A stretch of DNA of 64,000 bases, from assembly GCA_964522435.1 (NCBI GenBank), contig CAZFUL010000001.1:188278-252277 (forward strand), read 5' to 3'. The notes beneath the pieces are model-generated. The model did no database searches. It was not told the DNA's origin and worked only from the letters and a program-made list of their open reading frames with translations. The DNA is from an uncultured Gammaproteobacteria bacterium. GTDB lineage: Bacteria > Patescibacteriota > Patescibacteriia > Magasanikbacterales > UBA922. A program made the translations under genes and the position numbers. Numbering within the stretch: position 1 is the stretch's first letter; every line of letters begins with the position of its first letter. This document shows positions 38,970 through 49,615 of the stretch, in pieces.

Positions 38970-40739
38970 TTAGTGACGAATAAGATCAATGATTAATAAC
39001 TGCAACTCTCTATTGCCATTCCATTCGTTCACATCAATTTCACAGACAATATCAATACTGTCACCGGGTTTGAGGAGGGTGCACCAATTAGGTGTTTCTG
39101 GATCAGTATTACATAGATCCCAGCCAACCGTTTTTTTAATGCTCCGGGATGCATCTGTTACCATAAGTTTCATGTGATTTTTTTCTTTTCCCATGGACTC
39201 TATTGCATGCACGGTCAGTCCTTTTATGACATAGCGAGGGCGAGGATTTTCTGGACCAAATGGTTTAAATTTATTAAGTACGTCAAACAGTTTCCAATCA
39301 ATATCGCCTAAGCTGAGCTCCGCATCAATGTCTAAGGTAGGGGACATATCTTTATCTGCGGTGTGATGATGATAGCGAGCAATAAGCGCTTCTTGAAACG
39401 CAGATAATAAATCATTTTTTTGTAAACTAAAGCCACAGGCCATAGGGTGACCACCAAATTTGGAAAAAAATTCTGGTATTTCTTGCATGGCACCAATCAT
39501 ATTAAATCCTTTGATACTTCTACCGGAACCGGTGAGTTCTCCTTTTTTATAAGCCATGGCAATAGTGGGTTTTTGATATTTTTCTTTTATACGACTCGCG
39601 ATTAATCCGACAATGCCGGTGGTCCATTTTTCACTCAACACAAATAAAATAGGCGAGTTTGTTTGGTGCTGTTCTACTTGAAGAATCGCATCTTTTACAT
39701 ATTGTTCTGTTAAATCTCTGCGTTCATCATTTTGTAAGCGAAGTTTATAGGCTAAATCAATGGCGGCTGCCCCATTATCTGCGACCATAAGCATATAGGC
39801 GGTATTGGCATGATCAAGCCGTCCTGCTGCATTAATTTGGGGCGCAATTCTAAAGCCAATGGTTTGTTCGTCAATTTCTTTATCCATGCTCCCATCATTA
39901 TGCATGAGTTTGGTTTCCAAATATAATTTTTGTAATCCAATACGACGGGTTTTATTTAATACGAGTAAGCCGTATTTTGTGAGCGTGCGAGATTCTCCAA
40001 TAAGCGGCACCATGTCAGCTACCGTCGCAATAGCCACCATATCAAGCAGCCATTTTTCAAAGGTGTCATGTTTTTCACCGGTAGGAAGTGTTTCATGCGT
40101 TTTGGCATGTGTTTTGAGTAATGCTTGGGCTAACTTAAAGGCAACACCACCACCCGCTAAATTTTTATCTGGGTAACGTTCTCGTTCTAATTTAGGATGG
40201 ATAATCGCGTATGCCTCAGGCAATACTGCTGGAATGCTATGGTGATCCGTAATAATCACATCTATGCCATATTCGTTTGCTTTGGCAACTTCTCCTGTGT
40301 TGCTAATACCACAATCACAGGTAATAATGACCTGGGTTTTTTGTGCTGCCAAATAATCAATTGTTTTTAGGTTTAAGCCATAGCCATCAGTTTCTCTATG
40401 CGGCAAATAGACATCTACCTGTGTTGCGCCGAGCGCGCGCAGGGTATCTGTTAACACCGTGGATGCGCTCACACCATCCGCATCATAATCCCCATGAATA
40501 GTAATTTTTTCTTGTTTTTCTATTGCCAACAATAAGCGAGCCACGGCTTTTTCCATGTCAACAAATAAAAAGGGGTCATGAATATGGGTACTATAGTCTG
40601 GAGATAAAAATTCATCAATCAGGGCTTGGGTAGTGCGCTGTCTGTTATATAACAAATCTGCTACCGCTTTAGGAAGTTCTGGGAATTCTGTATAAAAAGA
40701 GTCGGGTGCTTTATTATGAATGTTCCAATGGTATTGCAT
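38970..40739 (-). CDS. recJ: ssDNA-specific exonuclease RecJ
   Basis: GDYDADG, DCG, DHH, NAAGR, GGHPMACG. Confidence 0.96.
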   Translation of the reverse strand: MQYHWNIHNKAPDSFYTEFPELPKAVADLLYNRQRTTQALIDEFLSPDYSTHIHDPFLFVDMEKAVARLLLAIEKQEKITIHGDYDADGVSASTVLTDTLRALGATQVDVYLPHRETDGYGLNLKTIDYLAAQKTQVIITCDCGISNTGEVAKANEYGIDVIITDHHSIPAVLPEAYAIIHPKLERERYPDKNLAGGGVAFKLAQALLKTHAKTHETLPTGEKHDTFEKWLLDMVAIATVADMVPLIGESRTLTKYGLLVLNKTRRIGLQKLYLETKLMHNDGSMDKEIDEQTIGFRIAPQINAAGRLDHANTAYMLMVADNGAAAIDLAYKLRLQNDERRDLTEQYVKDAILQVEQHQTNSPILFVLSEKWTTGIVGLIASRIKEKYQKPTIAMAYKKGELTGSGRSIKGFNMIGAMQEIPEFFSKFGGHPMACGFSLQKNDLLSAFQEALIARYHHHTADKDMSPTLDIDAELSLGDIDWKLFDVLNKFKPFGPENPRPRYVIKGLTVHAIESMGKEKNHMKLMVTDASRSIKKTVGWDLCNTDPETPNWCTLLKPGDSIDIVCEIDVNEWNGNRELQLLIIDLIRH

Positions 40740-40749
40740 ACCGCCATGA

Positions 40750-41154
40750 TTAACGTCTCTGTTTGTTGGTAAAACTCCAGTATGAATCAGCGATAAAGAG
40801 GGTCCAGATGCCGTAAAGGTAAGACAGGCTAATCGGTTTTTCTATACTGAGTGAGCTACTATACCATATTGATAATATGATACCAAGCATGCTCCAATAG
40901 ACAATATGTTGGTGTGATGTGGTTACCCGTTCTGCTTTTGGAATGCTATTTCGTTTACGCAACAGAAAGGTAATATAAAATAGGGCCCAAGGGATAAAAA
41001 ACAGCCATTGCCAGGTATGAATACTTTTTTCTAAGAGATCTTCAATAACAATATAGTAGAACAAAAATAGCACTAATCCTACAATAAATAATAAAAATAT
41101 ATCCAATTGATACTGGTGATGCGTTTGCCAGGTAACCACAGGATGCCGCTTCAT
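40750..41154 (-). CDS. Hypothetical 4-TM membrane protein
   Basis: Hydrophobic helices; operonic position upstream of recJ. Confidence 0.6.
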   Translation of the reverse strand: MKRHPVVTWQTHHQYQLDIFLLFIVGLVLFLFYYIVIEDLLEKSIHTWQWLFFIPWALFYITFLLRKRNSIPKAERVTTSHQHIVYWSMLGIILSIWYSSSLSIEKPISLSYLYGIWTLFIADSYWSFTNKQRR

Positions 41155-41166
41155 GGGGATACACGA

Positions 41167-41271
41167 TTAGTAAATATTGGAAAAGAGGGGAAGCATGTTA
41201 AAAAATAACATGCCGACAATACCAATGACAGCGATGATAATTTTTCCTATTTTTATTGCTTTTGGACTCAT
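41167..41271 (-). CDS. 34-aa single-TM small protein (not in ORF track)
   Basis: MSPKAIKIGKIIIAVIGIVGMLFFNMLPLFSNIY fills the gap between two co-oriented genes; AT-rich like the host genes. Confidence 0.55.
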   Translation of the reverse strand: MSPKAIKIGKIIIAVIGIVGMLFFNMLPLFSNIY

Positions 41272-41282
41272 GATAACGACGA

Positions 41283-41858
41283 TTATTGAGTAGACCATAA
41301 TACCTTTCGACAGGTATTATAGCGACCTAATTGACAGACCGCAATGTCGCTCGCCTCAAAAGAAAGAGGCAGAGAGAACTCGGGATGTTCTCCTGGGTTG
41401 CCAATAGTAATATGGGGACGATAATTTTCTTCACTAAATTTTGTTGAAAATTCATTGACCCAGGGGTAACAATCAGGAGTAATTTTTTCACCAACATCAT
41501 GAATAAAGTCATCATTTTTTGCTTGGTGCGAGAGAAGGGGGTCAATATCTTGAAGAATACGACTATGCAGAGCGCGAAGGATACCCGTATTGTCTGCTTC
41601 CATCCAACTATCATGAACAGAAGAAATGGTAACAGGGATACTCGGAAAATCTGTTGCTATACGCGCCATGCGGGTATATATTTCTTTGGTATCGTGTTCA
41701 TCCATAACTCCCATAAGGAGGGACAGATGAGGAATAAAATCAGTACGCCCTAACTGAACCGCAGCATTGCCTTGTGCATAGGCACGGGCATTTAATGCAA
41801 AGGCATATGCCATAATATGCGCTGGTGGAAAAAGAACAATATCAATTGCGTATTGCAT
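41283..41858 (-). CDS. 2H phosphoesterase (2'-5' RNA ligase family)
   Basis: Two HxS/T motifs: PHLSL and PHITI. Confidence 0.8.
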   Translation of the reverse strand: MQYAIDIVLFPPAHIMAYAFALNARAYAQGNAAVQLGRTDFIPHLSLLMGVMDEHDTKEIYTRMARIATDFPSIPVTISSVHDSWMEADNTGILRALHSRILQDIDPLLSHQAKNDDFIHDVGEKITPDCYPWVNEFSTKFSEENYRPHITIGNPGEHPEFSLPLSFEASDIAVCQLGRYNTCRKVLWSTQ

Positions 41859-41890
41859 AGGAGAAGTACATAAAAAAAAGCAAGAACAGA

Positions 41891-43714
41891 TTATCGTTTT
41901 AGTACCGCAAGGTAGGCTTCTGTTGGGATAGGCACTTTTCCTTTACTCATACTCATCATTTTTTTCTTTCCCTTTTTTTGTTTTTCTAATAATTTTCGTT
42001 TACGGGTAACGTCTCCACCATACAGTTTTGCCGTTACATCTTTGCGCAGGGCAGAAATTCGTTCTCCTGCTACAATTTTTCCGCCAATCGTTGCTTGAAT
42101 TTTTATCACAAATTGTTGACGGGGGAGGGTGTCTTTGAGCGAATTCACAATTTGTTTCCCAATTTTAAATGCTTCGTCTTCCCACACCAAGGTCGCAAGG
42201 GCTTCTACTGCTTCGTCAGCAATCACAATATCCATGCGCACCACATTTGTTTTTCGATAGTCTTTTAATTCATAACTCATAGATGCATAGCCACTGGTGA
42301 CTGTTTTGAGTTTATCATAAAAATCCGTAATCAAAGACGCGAGAGGAATTTCATAATGCAACATAGCCCTCTTTGCATATTTATCGGATAGAGCGCTTGG
42401 GTTAGCTGTGCCAGTTAAGTATTCTGTATTTATATAATTTCCTTTGCGTTCAGCAATAAGTCCCATCACATTCCCAATATATTCTTCTGGAGTAATGATA
42501 TCAATAATCATCCATGGTTCAAGAATGGTTTCTATTCGTTGTACTTCGGGGAGATCTTGGGGACTTTTTACAATTAATGATTCGCCATTTGTTTTGGTTA
42601 CTTGGTAGGCAACACTCGGGACGGTTGCAATAATACTCAGACCAAATTCACGAATCACCCGTTCTTGAAAAATTTCTAAGTGTAACATGCCTAAAAAGCC
42701 ACAACGAAAGCCATAGCCTAAGGCCTGGGAATGTTCTGGTTCATAAAACAAGGCTGAATCATTGAGTTTTAATTTATCCATGGCTTCTCGGAGCGCGCTA
42801 TAATCATCACCTTCTTGCGGAAAAATACCGGCAAAGACCATGGGTTTGACGGTTTTATATCCGGGAAGTGCTTCTGCCTCAGATCCTTTAATCGTAACGG
42901 TGTCACCAACACGTACTTCACCTAATTCTTTTAATCCTGTTACTAAATAGCCAATTTGACCATGTTCGCACAAGGGATCACTCACGAGTTTTGGTGCGTA
43001 ATGTCCCACATCTAAGGCCTCTGCTTCTGCCCCAGTTCCCATAAAAAGAACTTTGTCTCCTTTTTTAATCTGTCCATCTTTTATACGAATAGAGGCAATA
43101 ACACCACGATAATCATCATAAAAAGAATCAAAAATAAGCGCACGAGTGGGAAGGTCTCTGCGGGTTGTGTCTGGCGCAGGAACACGTTCAATGACGGCTT
43201 CTAATAATTCTGCAACACCCATGCCAGTTTTTCCTGAACAAGATAAAATATCTTCTCGTTTACATCCAATAAGATGAATAATTTCTTCACTTACTTTTTC
43301 TACATTTGCGTTCGGAAGATCAATTTTATTTAATACAGGAATAATTGTGAGGTTTTGATCTAAGGCTAAATATAAATTGGCAATGGTTTGTGCTTGCACA
43401 CCTTGACTGGCATCAACCAATAAAATAGCACCTTCTACCGCAGCAAGGGAGCGTGATACTTCGTACGTAAAATCGACGTGGCCTGGGGTATCAATTAAAT
43501 TGAGCGTATAGCCTTTATAATTCATGCGGACAGGCTGTAGTTTAATGGTAATACCTCGTTCTTGTTCTAATTCCATTTGATCAAGCATTTGATCTTTCAT
43601 GTTTCGCTTATCAATGGTACCCGTAATTTCTAAAAAACGATCCGCGAGAGTGGATTTTCCATGATCAATATGAGCAATAATACAAAAGTTTCGAATGTCG
43701 TGCATATGGGGCAT
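41891..43714 (-). CDS. lepA: Elongation factor 4 (LepA)
   Basis: AHIDHGKSTLADR, DTPGHVDF, GFRCGFLGMLH, GGDVTRKRKLLEKQK. Confidence 0.98.
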   Translation of the reverse strand: MPHMHDIRNFCIIAHIDHGKSTLADRFLEITGTIDKRNMKDQMLDQMELEQERGITIKLQPVRMNYKGYTLNLIDTPGHVDFTYEVSRSLAAVEGAILLVDASQGVQAQTIANLYLALDQNLTIIPVLNKIDLPNANVEKVSEEIIHLIGCKREDILSCSGKTGMGVAELLEAVIERVPAPDTTRRDLPTRALIFDSFYDDYRGVIASIRIKDGQIKKGDKVLFMGTGAEAEALDVGHYAPKLVSDPLCEHGQIGYLVTGLKELGEVRVGDTVTIKGSEAEALPGYKTVKPMVFAGIFPQEGDDYSALREAMDKLKLNDSALFYEPEHSQALGYGFRCGFLGMLHLEIFQERVIREFGLSIIATVPSVAYQVTKTNGESLIVKSPQDLPEVQRIETILEPWMIIDIITPEEYIGNVMGLIAERKGNYINTEYLTGTANPSALSDKYAKRAMLHYEIPLASLITDFYDKLKTVTSGYASMSYELKDYRKTNVVRMDIVIADEAVEALATLVWEDEAFKIGKQIVNSLKDTLPRQQFVIKIQATIGGKIVAGERISALRKDVTAKLYGGDVTRKRKLLEKQKKGKKKMMSMSKGKVPIPTEAYLAVLKR

Positions 43715-43849
43715 AATTCAGCCAAATTTCTTGCCTTATCCTATCATAATATCAGTGATTCGTAAAGAGTGAGAAGAGCGTTGTTCTCTTGAAAAAATAG
43801 GCGGTTTCTGTCAGTCTATGCGCAGGCCTCTGACACAAAGGAGTCTCTC

Positions 43850-43999
43850 ATGCCGACTATCGTGAATTGGGTATTTGTGATTTCGTTTTTGCTCATGCTC
43901 GTGCTGGGGCGAAAGGACCGGGTATTGCTGCTTACCATTTTTATCGGCTACCCAATTGCCTATGGGTTTTGCCTCCTCATCCGGGTGTTGTTTTTCTGA
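43850..43999 (+). CDS. 49-aa two-TM orphan peptide (cassette H; not in ORF track)
   Basis: MPTIVNWVFVISFLLMLVLGRKDRVLLLTIFIGYPIAYGFCLLIRVLFF; AAGGAG SD; weak TTGAAA-17-CAGTCT promoter at 43789..43817; 3' hairpin at 44028..44060. Confidence 0.65.
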   Translation: MPTIVNWVFVISFLLMLVLGRKDRVLLLTIFIGYPIAYGFCLLIRVLFF

Positions 44000-44068
44000 A
44001 GGGAGGCGCTGAGCCAAAAAAGGAGCTTGCTAGTGGTTTGTTGGGGACAAGCCACTAGCAGAAAGGAA

Positions 44069-45703
44069 CTATGATATCCCATCTGTCTCACTACTAATAC
44101 TGCCTTCTACTTTCCATAGTTTCAACCAACGACGGTGTAATGTTTTTTGCAAGAGGATAAATTCCTCTATTTTTAATATATAGGATAAGAACAGATAGAT
44201 GATAACCCCACACAACGTTGCTCCTGTTGCTTGCAGGGCAATTCCCCAAAATCGTTCCATATCAACCAATTGGGCAAGGGGAGATTTACTCATCTGTATC
44301 CCAATACCCATACAGATACCAGCCACAATTATTTTATAGATTGATGAGAGATGATTGTTTTCCGCAAAGCCGTTGTGCATATGCCGACGAAGCACATACC
44401 ATAACGCAATAATCTGAAACAGAGAAGAAAGGGAAAAGGCTAATGCAAGTCCGGCCACACCAAGACTATCTTTAAATGCTAAACTGCCAATAATATGAAA
44501 GAGCATGGTGATAAAGGCAATAAGCAAGGGGGTTTTGGTATTTTCAAAAGCATAAAACGCACGAATAAACAGGGGAATAAGTGCTTGGGCAAACAGCGAT
44601 AAACTAAAAAAAGCGATGGTGTTTGCCGTGGCAATAGTCGCATTCCAATCAAATGCACCAGAACCTAACAGCAAGCGCACAATTTGTGCGCGCAGCAATA
44701 ACAATATAATAGAAAAGGGAATAATAAAATATAAAATTTGTTTTGTGGTACGCATCAGTTGATCCGTAAAGCGTTCCATGTTTTTTTGGCTTACGGCTTC
44801 AGAAAGGCTAGGAAAAGCAGCCAACGCAAATGAAATGCCAACAATACCAATAGCAACATATTGGAGGTTATTGGCAAAATGAAACACACTAATACTTCCT
44901 GCGGCAAGGGTAGAGGCAATGATCGTCGTGATAAATATATTGGCTTGGTGCACGGCAAGGGTCGCGGTGCGTGGAATCATGAGTGAGAGAATGGTACGCA
45001 TATCAGGGTCACGAAGAGAACAGACCGCTCGATAGCGAAATCCATATTGGTAGAGCGTGGGGAGTTGAATAATCAAATGCATGATGGCTCCCGCAATGAC
45101 GCCATAGGCTAATGCACTAATACCATAGAGGGGAACAAAAAATGCTGCTGCAATAATAATACCCAAATTATACAGGATAGGAGTAAGGGAATAGATAAAA
45201 AATGATTTTTTTGCTTGCAGGACGCCACTGACAATACCGCTTATCCCTAAGAGAAAAGGAGAAAACAGCATGATACGAGAAAGATGGACGGTGGTTTCTA
45301 TCGCATTTGCAGAAAATCCTGGAACAAGAATAGGAATGATCAACGGCATGAGTATATAGAGGAGAGCGCCACACACAAAAAGACTTATGGCAATAATATG
45401 CAGCACATTATTGGTCAGACGCCAGGCCTGTTCTTCACTTTTTTCCCAAAGACGAATAAACACGGGAATAAATCCCGCAGATAATGCCCCTGCAATTAAG
45501 ACGGTATACAACAAATCGGGAATACGAAATGCTGCATAATAGATATCGAGTGTTTCTCCTGCACCAAATTGATGCGCAAATAAGCGATCACGCAGTAGCC
45601 CAATAATTCTACTAATAAAAGACGCAGCCCCTAATACCAGGGCAGCGCCAGTAATTGTTTTTGATTGATAGCTAACAAATTTTTTTATCATGCGTTTATG
45701 CAC
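44069..45703 (-). CDS. murJ: Lipid II flippase MurJ
   Basis: SRIIGLLRD, AFRIPD, GALSAGFIPVF, RAFYA. Confidence 0.93.
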   Translation of the reverse strand: MHKRMIKKFVSYQSKTITGAALVLGAASFISRIIGLLRDRLFAHQFGAGETLDIYYAAFRIPDLLYTVLIAGALSAGFIPVFIRLWEKSEEQAWRLTNNVLHIIAISLFVCGALLYILMPLIIPILVPGFSANAIETTVHLSRIMLFSPFLLGISGIVSGVLQAKKSFFIYSLTPILYNLGIIIAAAFFVPLYGISALAYGVIAGAIMHLIIQLPTLYQYGFRYRAVCSLRDPDMRTILSLMIPRTATLAVHQANIFITTIIASTLAAGSISVFHFANNLQYVAIGIVGISFALAAFPSLSEAVSQKNMERFTDQLMRTTKQILYFIIPFSIILLLLRAQIVRLLLGSGAFDWNATIATANTIAFFSLSLFAQALIPLFIRAFYAFENTKTPLLIAFITMLFHIIGSLAFKDSLGVAGLALAFSLSSLFQIIALWYVLRRHMHNGFAENNHLSSIYKIIVAGICMGIGIQMSKSPLAQLVDMERFWGIALQATGATLCGVIIYLFLSYILKIEEFILLQKTLHRRWLKLWKVEGSISSETDGIS

Positions 45704-45718
45704 GCCTACACGCGGCCG

Positions 45719-46639
45719 CTAAATGGAAGTCTTTTTTCTCATTAAGGTGATTAACACAATCACGATACAGGCTAAGGTGATAAACATGAGCCACACCCAT
45801 TTTGGTTCATGGGCAAAGGGGAGTCCCATAATATTCATTCCGTAAATGCTTGAAAGCACGGTAAAGGGGAGTAATCCCACAGAAATAATCGTAAGCGTAC
45901 TAATGACTTTATTGGTTTTTTGGTTAATTAATGATTCAACCGTTACGTGTAAGCCGTTTACCGTATCTTCGTAAGTGTTAATAATGACCCATGTTTTATT
46001 AAGATAGTCATGAATATCATCAAAGTACAGAGAGGTTTCTTCATTAATAAATGGTTTTCTAATATGAGAAAGATTGGCAATTAAGTAGCGTTGCGGGTCT
46101 ATCATCCGGCGAAAATGTAAGATATTTCTTCGATGGATAGATAGTTCTTTTACGGTATTGATATCTTGTTTGCCTTGGAAAATAGACTCTTCGAGAACGG
46201 CTAATTCTTTTCCCATGGTGTTTAAAATAGGGCGATTGAGTTTGTAAAGAGATTCTAATAATTTATATAAACAAAATCCTGTAGTGGTATTCATCCATTG
46301 TTTTTGCACCCGTTTACTTTTCATGCGAGAAGCAAAAAATTGATTGATCTCGTCTGACTTGGTGCGATGAATCGTAATTAAAAAGTGAGAGCCAACAAAA
46401 ATATTTACTTCATGGGTAATAATTTTTTTTGTGATGTTATTCCAAGAAGGAAATTGAACAATAAGAAAAATATAATTTTTATACGTGTCAATTTTTGGCG
46501 CCTGCATTTCTCCTTGAATATCTTCGTAGTCAAGATGATGAAAATTATAATGCTCTTTAAGATACGCAATTGCTTCTGTATCTACTTGAGAGATGTTTAC
46601 CCAGGTCATTGAGGGTGTTTTCACTTCTTTGATATTCAT
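45719..46639 (-). CDS. corA: CorA family Mg2+ transporter
   Basis: FHHLDYED, YGMN signature, two C-terminal TM helices. Confidence 0.92.
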   Translation of the reverse strand: MNIKEVKTPSMTWVNISQVDTEAIAYLKEHYNFHHLDYEDIQGEMQAPKIDTYKNYIFLIVQFPSWNNITKKIITHEVNIFVGSHFLITIHRTKSDEINQFFASRMKSKRVQKQWMNTTTGFCLYKLLESLYKLNRPILNTMGKELAVLEESIFQGKQDINTVKELSIHRRNILHFRRMIDPQRYLIANLSHIRKPFINEETSLYFDDIHDYLNKTWVIINTYEDTVNGLHVTVESLINQKTNKVISTLTIISVGLLPFTVLSSIYGMNIMGLPFAHEPKWVWLMFITLACIVIVLITLMRKKTSI

Positions 46640-46656
46640 AGTACTACAGGCTAAAA

Positions 46657-47286
46657 TTATGTTGGAAGAAAAACTTGCAAACGGATAACAGCGGTTCCTG
46701 CTTGTGTTTGAGAAGTTGTATCCACATAGAGTGTACCACTAATTGCGTCTTTTGAAAAATACAGCAACTGATTTTCTATGCTGAGGGTAAATCCTTGTTT
46801 TTTTAAATTACTTTCATAATAGTTGCGGATAAATTGTGGCGTTGCCGGTAAATTGGTCCACTCAATAACATACATATCACGCGTATCGGTAATTGGTTCG
46901 TGCACAAAATCCACAACGGTTTTCCAGGTGGAATGATTGGGTTGCACGCGATCTTCAAGATTCAAGATAATAGGGGAGAGAATAACTTTTGGAATAATCG
47001 CTATTGTTTCAATGAGTTTATGTTGCTCTCTTCCTTGTGTATAGACAATACTATCAATATTGTCTTCATCATAAATTATAATGCTATCATGTACTTTTTG
47101 AGGGAGGGTTTCAATACGTTTTTCACCTGGCGCACTAATAAATTGCACGAGCAAAAACATGCCTCCTAAAAAAAGAAAAATAAACAAACAGCCCGTAAAG
47201 CAGGTTCTTTTTATGCAAGAACGTTTTTTTGTGAGTTCTTGTAAGGGAGGTTGTTGGATCGTAATACGTTCGTTTCGTCGCGCCAT
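46657..47286 (-). CDS. Hypothetical single-TM protein
   Basis: Long ORF co-oriented with corA, one TM helix. Confidence 0.6.
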   Translation of the reverse strand: MARRNERITIQQPPLQELTKKRSCIKRTCFTGCLFIFLFLGGMFLLVQFISAPGEKRIETLPQKVHDSIIIYDEDNIDSIVYTQGREQHKLIETIAIIPKVILSPIILNLEDRVQPNHSTWKTVVDFVHEPITDTRDMYVIEWTNLPATPQFIRNYYESNLKKQGFTLSIENQLLYFSKDAISGTLYVDTTSQTQAGTAVIRLQVFLPT

Positions 47287-47374
47287 AAGAAGCTGTTGAA
47301 TGACAAAAGTATAGCAAATGGATAAAGGATTGTATAGTAATGTGCTATACTACTCATACAATAATGTATCATCT

Positions 47375-48727
47375 ATGACTATTACATTTTACGGTGCCGC
47401 ACATGAAGTGACCGGTTCTTGTCATGTAGTGCAAACATCTGCGATGCGCATATTGTTTGATTGTGGCATGTTTCAAGGATCGAATTATAATGAAGGGCGC
47501 AATAGTGATCCCTTTCCTTTTGCCGCCAAAAGTATTGATGCGCTGTTAGTATCTCATGCGCATAATGACCACACAGGACGTATTCCGAAATTAGTAAAGG
47601 ATGGTTTTCGAGGAAAGATTTATGCAACCAAAGCGACCGCAGAACTTATGCGTCTTATTTGGGAAGATGATTACAAAATCATGGTCTATAACCATGAAAA
47701 ATTTCAAGCCCCTATTATATACAATGAAGCAGATATTCATGATGCTGCTCATTTAGTTGTTGGCGTTTCTTATGAGGAGATGATTGATTTAGGTCATAAT
47801 CATCGGGCGGTATTTAAAGATGCAGGACATATTTTTGGCGCATCCTTTATTGAATTATCTGCAGATGGAAAAACCATAGGATTTTCTGGAGATATTGGTA
47901 ATACCACTGTGCCTATTTTAAAAGAAACCGCCCGTTTGGGAAGTGTGGATGTGTTACTTTGTGAATCTACCTATGGAGATCGCCTACACGAAAAAACAGA
48001 TAGTAGACAAGAGGTGTTACTCTCTATTATTAAAGAAGGTATAAAACAGGGCGGGACGATTATGATGCCCTCGTTTTCATTAGAGCGAACGCAAGAAATT
48101 TTATATCATTTAAATGAGCTCAAAGAAACAGATAAGACATTGCCAGATGTTCCCATATTTGTCGATAGCCCTTTGGCCATTCACGCTATTCCTATATATA
48201 AAAAATATACGGAATATTATGATGAAGCCGCGGCGCATCAATATATGTTGGGTGATGACTTTTTAGATTTTCCGGGATTAACGCTTACTACCACCCAAGA
48301 AGAATCTAAAGCGATTAACCATGTGCCTGGGCCAAAACTCATTATTGCAGGGTCTGGTATGATGACGGGGGGGCGTATTTTACATCATGCAAAACGCTAT
48401 TTGTCAGATCCCAACTCTACCTTGGTGATTGTTGGCTACCAGGCAGAACATACCTTGGGGAGAAAATTATATGAAGGAGCACACACGGTCGAAATTCATG
48501 GAGAGCATATTCCGGTGCGAGCAAAGATTATTGCGATTGGCGCGTTGTCTGCGCATGCGGATCAACAAAAGTTACTTGACTGGATTGGCCATGCTGACAA
48601 AGTGCCCAAAACCGTGTATTGTGTGCATGGAGAAGCGCATGCTGCAACAGAATTAGCGCATCGCATCCGAGATCGTTTTCATATTTCTGCCTTTGTGCCA
48701 GAGTATGGAGAGTCAGTCGAAGTATAA
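47375..48727 (+). CDS. MBL-fold beta-CASP RNA-processing metallohydrolase
   Basis: GAAHEVTGS, SHAHNDH, AGHIFG, ESTYG, SAHAD, VHGE. Confidence 0.92.
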   Translation: MTITFYGAAHEVTGSCHVVQTSAMRILFDCGMFQGSNYNEGRNSDPFPFAAKSIDALLVSHAHNDHTGRIPKLVKDGFRGKIYATKATAELMRLIWEDDYKIMVYNHEKFQAPIIYNEADIHDAAHLVVGVSYEEMIDLGHNHRAVFKDAGHIFGASFIELSADGKTIGFSGDIGNTTVPILKETARLGSVDVLLCESTYGDRLHEKTDSRQEVLLSIIKEGIKQGGTIMMPSFSLERTQEILYHLNELKETDKTLPDVPIFVDSPLAIHAIPIYKKYTEYYDEAAAHQYMLGDDFLDFPGLTLTTTQEESKAINHVPGPKLIIAGSGMMTGGRILHHAKRYLSDPNSTLVIVGYQAEHTLGRKLYEGAHTVEIHGEHIPVRAKIIAIGALSAHADQQKLLDWIGHADKVPKTVYCVHGEAHAATELAHRIRDRFHISAFVPEYGESVEV

Positions 48728-48751
48728 TTTATTTATATATATTCATATTGT

Positions 48752-49387
48752 ATGAATGGCAAACAACCCCCAGCAGTATCAAATGAAACTCCCGTATATG
48801 TGAGGAATCCAAAAAACAAAACAATTGGCCTTGCGCTGCTTATCTTACCGTTTCTATTGTTAATCGTTGTATTATTCCTATTTGGTATCACAAAAGTAGT
48901 ATTTAGTGCTGCAAGCGGAGGACCAGAAAGCGGCGTGGTTATTGTATCATTATTAAATATTATATTTGCCACCCTAGGACTCATTAGTGTTATCGCTATT
49001 CCGTTTGGAATTGTTTTGGGAATTATTTTTTTAGTAAAAAAAGAAATGCCAGCAGGGGTAAATTATGATGTTCGTTCGGGAAAAGGGGATCAATCAGAGA
49101 TACCACCAGAAATTAAACAATGGAATTGGGGTGCATTGGGATTAGGTTGGATTTGGGGAATATATCACCGTGTGTGGATATCACTATTGGTGTTTATCCC
49201 TATTGTTGGCTTTATTTTTATGTTTGTCTTAGCCTATAAGGGAAATGAATGGGCATGGAAAAAAGAGAAATATCTGAGTGTAGAAGACTTTTTAGCGCGA
49301 CAGAAAAAGTGGAAGCCATGGGGGATAGCATTTTTTATCTTGATTCTGTTGTCTCAACTTTCTCGATTCACGATAGATATGATGTAA
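48752..49387 (+). CDS. Membrane protein with WNWGA motif
   Basis: PPEIKQWNWGA...WIWG...KGNEWAW plus TM helices. Confidence 0.65.
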   Translation: MNGKQPPAVSNETPVYVRNPKNKTIGLALLILPFLLLIVVLFLFGITKVVFSAASGGPESGVVIVSLLNIIFATLGLISVIAIPFGIVLGIIFLVKKEMPAGVNYDVRSGKGDQSEIPPEIKQWNWGALGLGWIWGIYHRVWISLLVFIPIVGFIFMFVLAYKGNEWAWKKEKYLSVEDFLARQKKWKPWGIAFFILILLSQLSRFTIDMM

Positions 49388-49615
49388 TGAGCCTCGTATA
49401 CAAAAAACCCCGATTCAATGGGGGGGGTTATGTAGGTACTATTGTTTGTATAAGGTATTTCTATAGACAACGATTGGTTCTCTATACAAGTCACCTCCCT
49501 CCTTTCTCCTTGGGGTGAATGTTGTTGCTCAGCGCTGCGGTTGGAGCGGCTCAGCCGTCAGGGGAACGCACCCGAGTTCCATCAGGTCCGACCGATGCCA
49601 GGGGCAATTTCTTTG

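Noticed and set aside
49402-49430. Near-copy of the 16655 terminator (aaaaaaccccgattcaat) as a cassette att site
   Set aside because: The match is short and low-complexity, and it is absent from the other cassettes.
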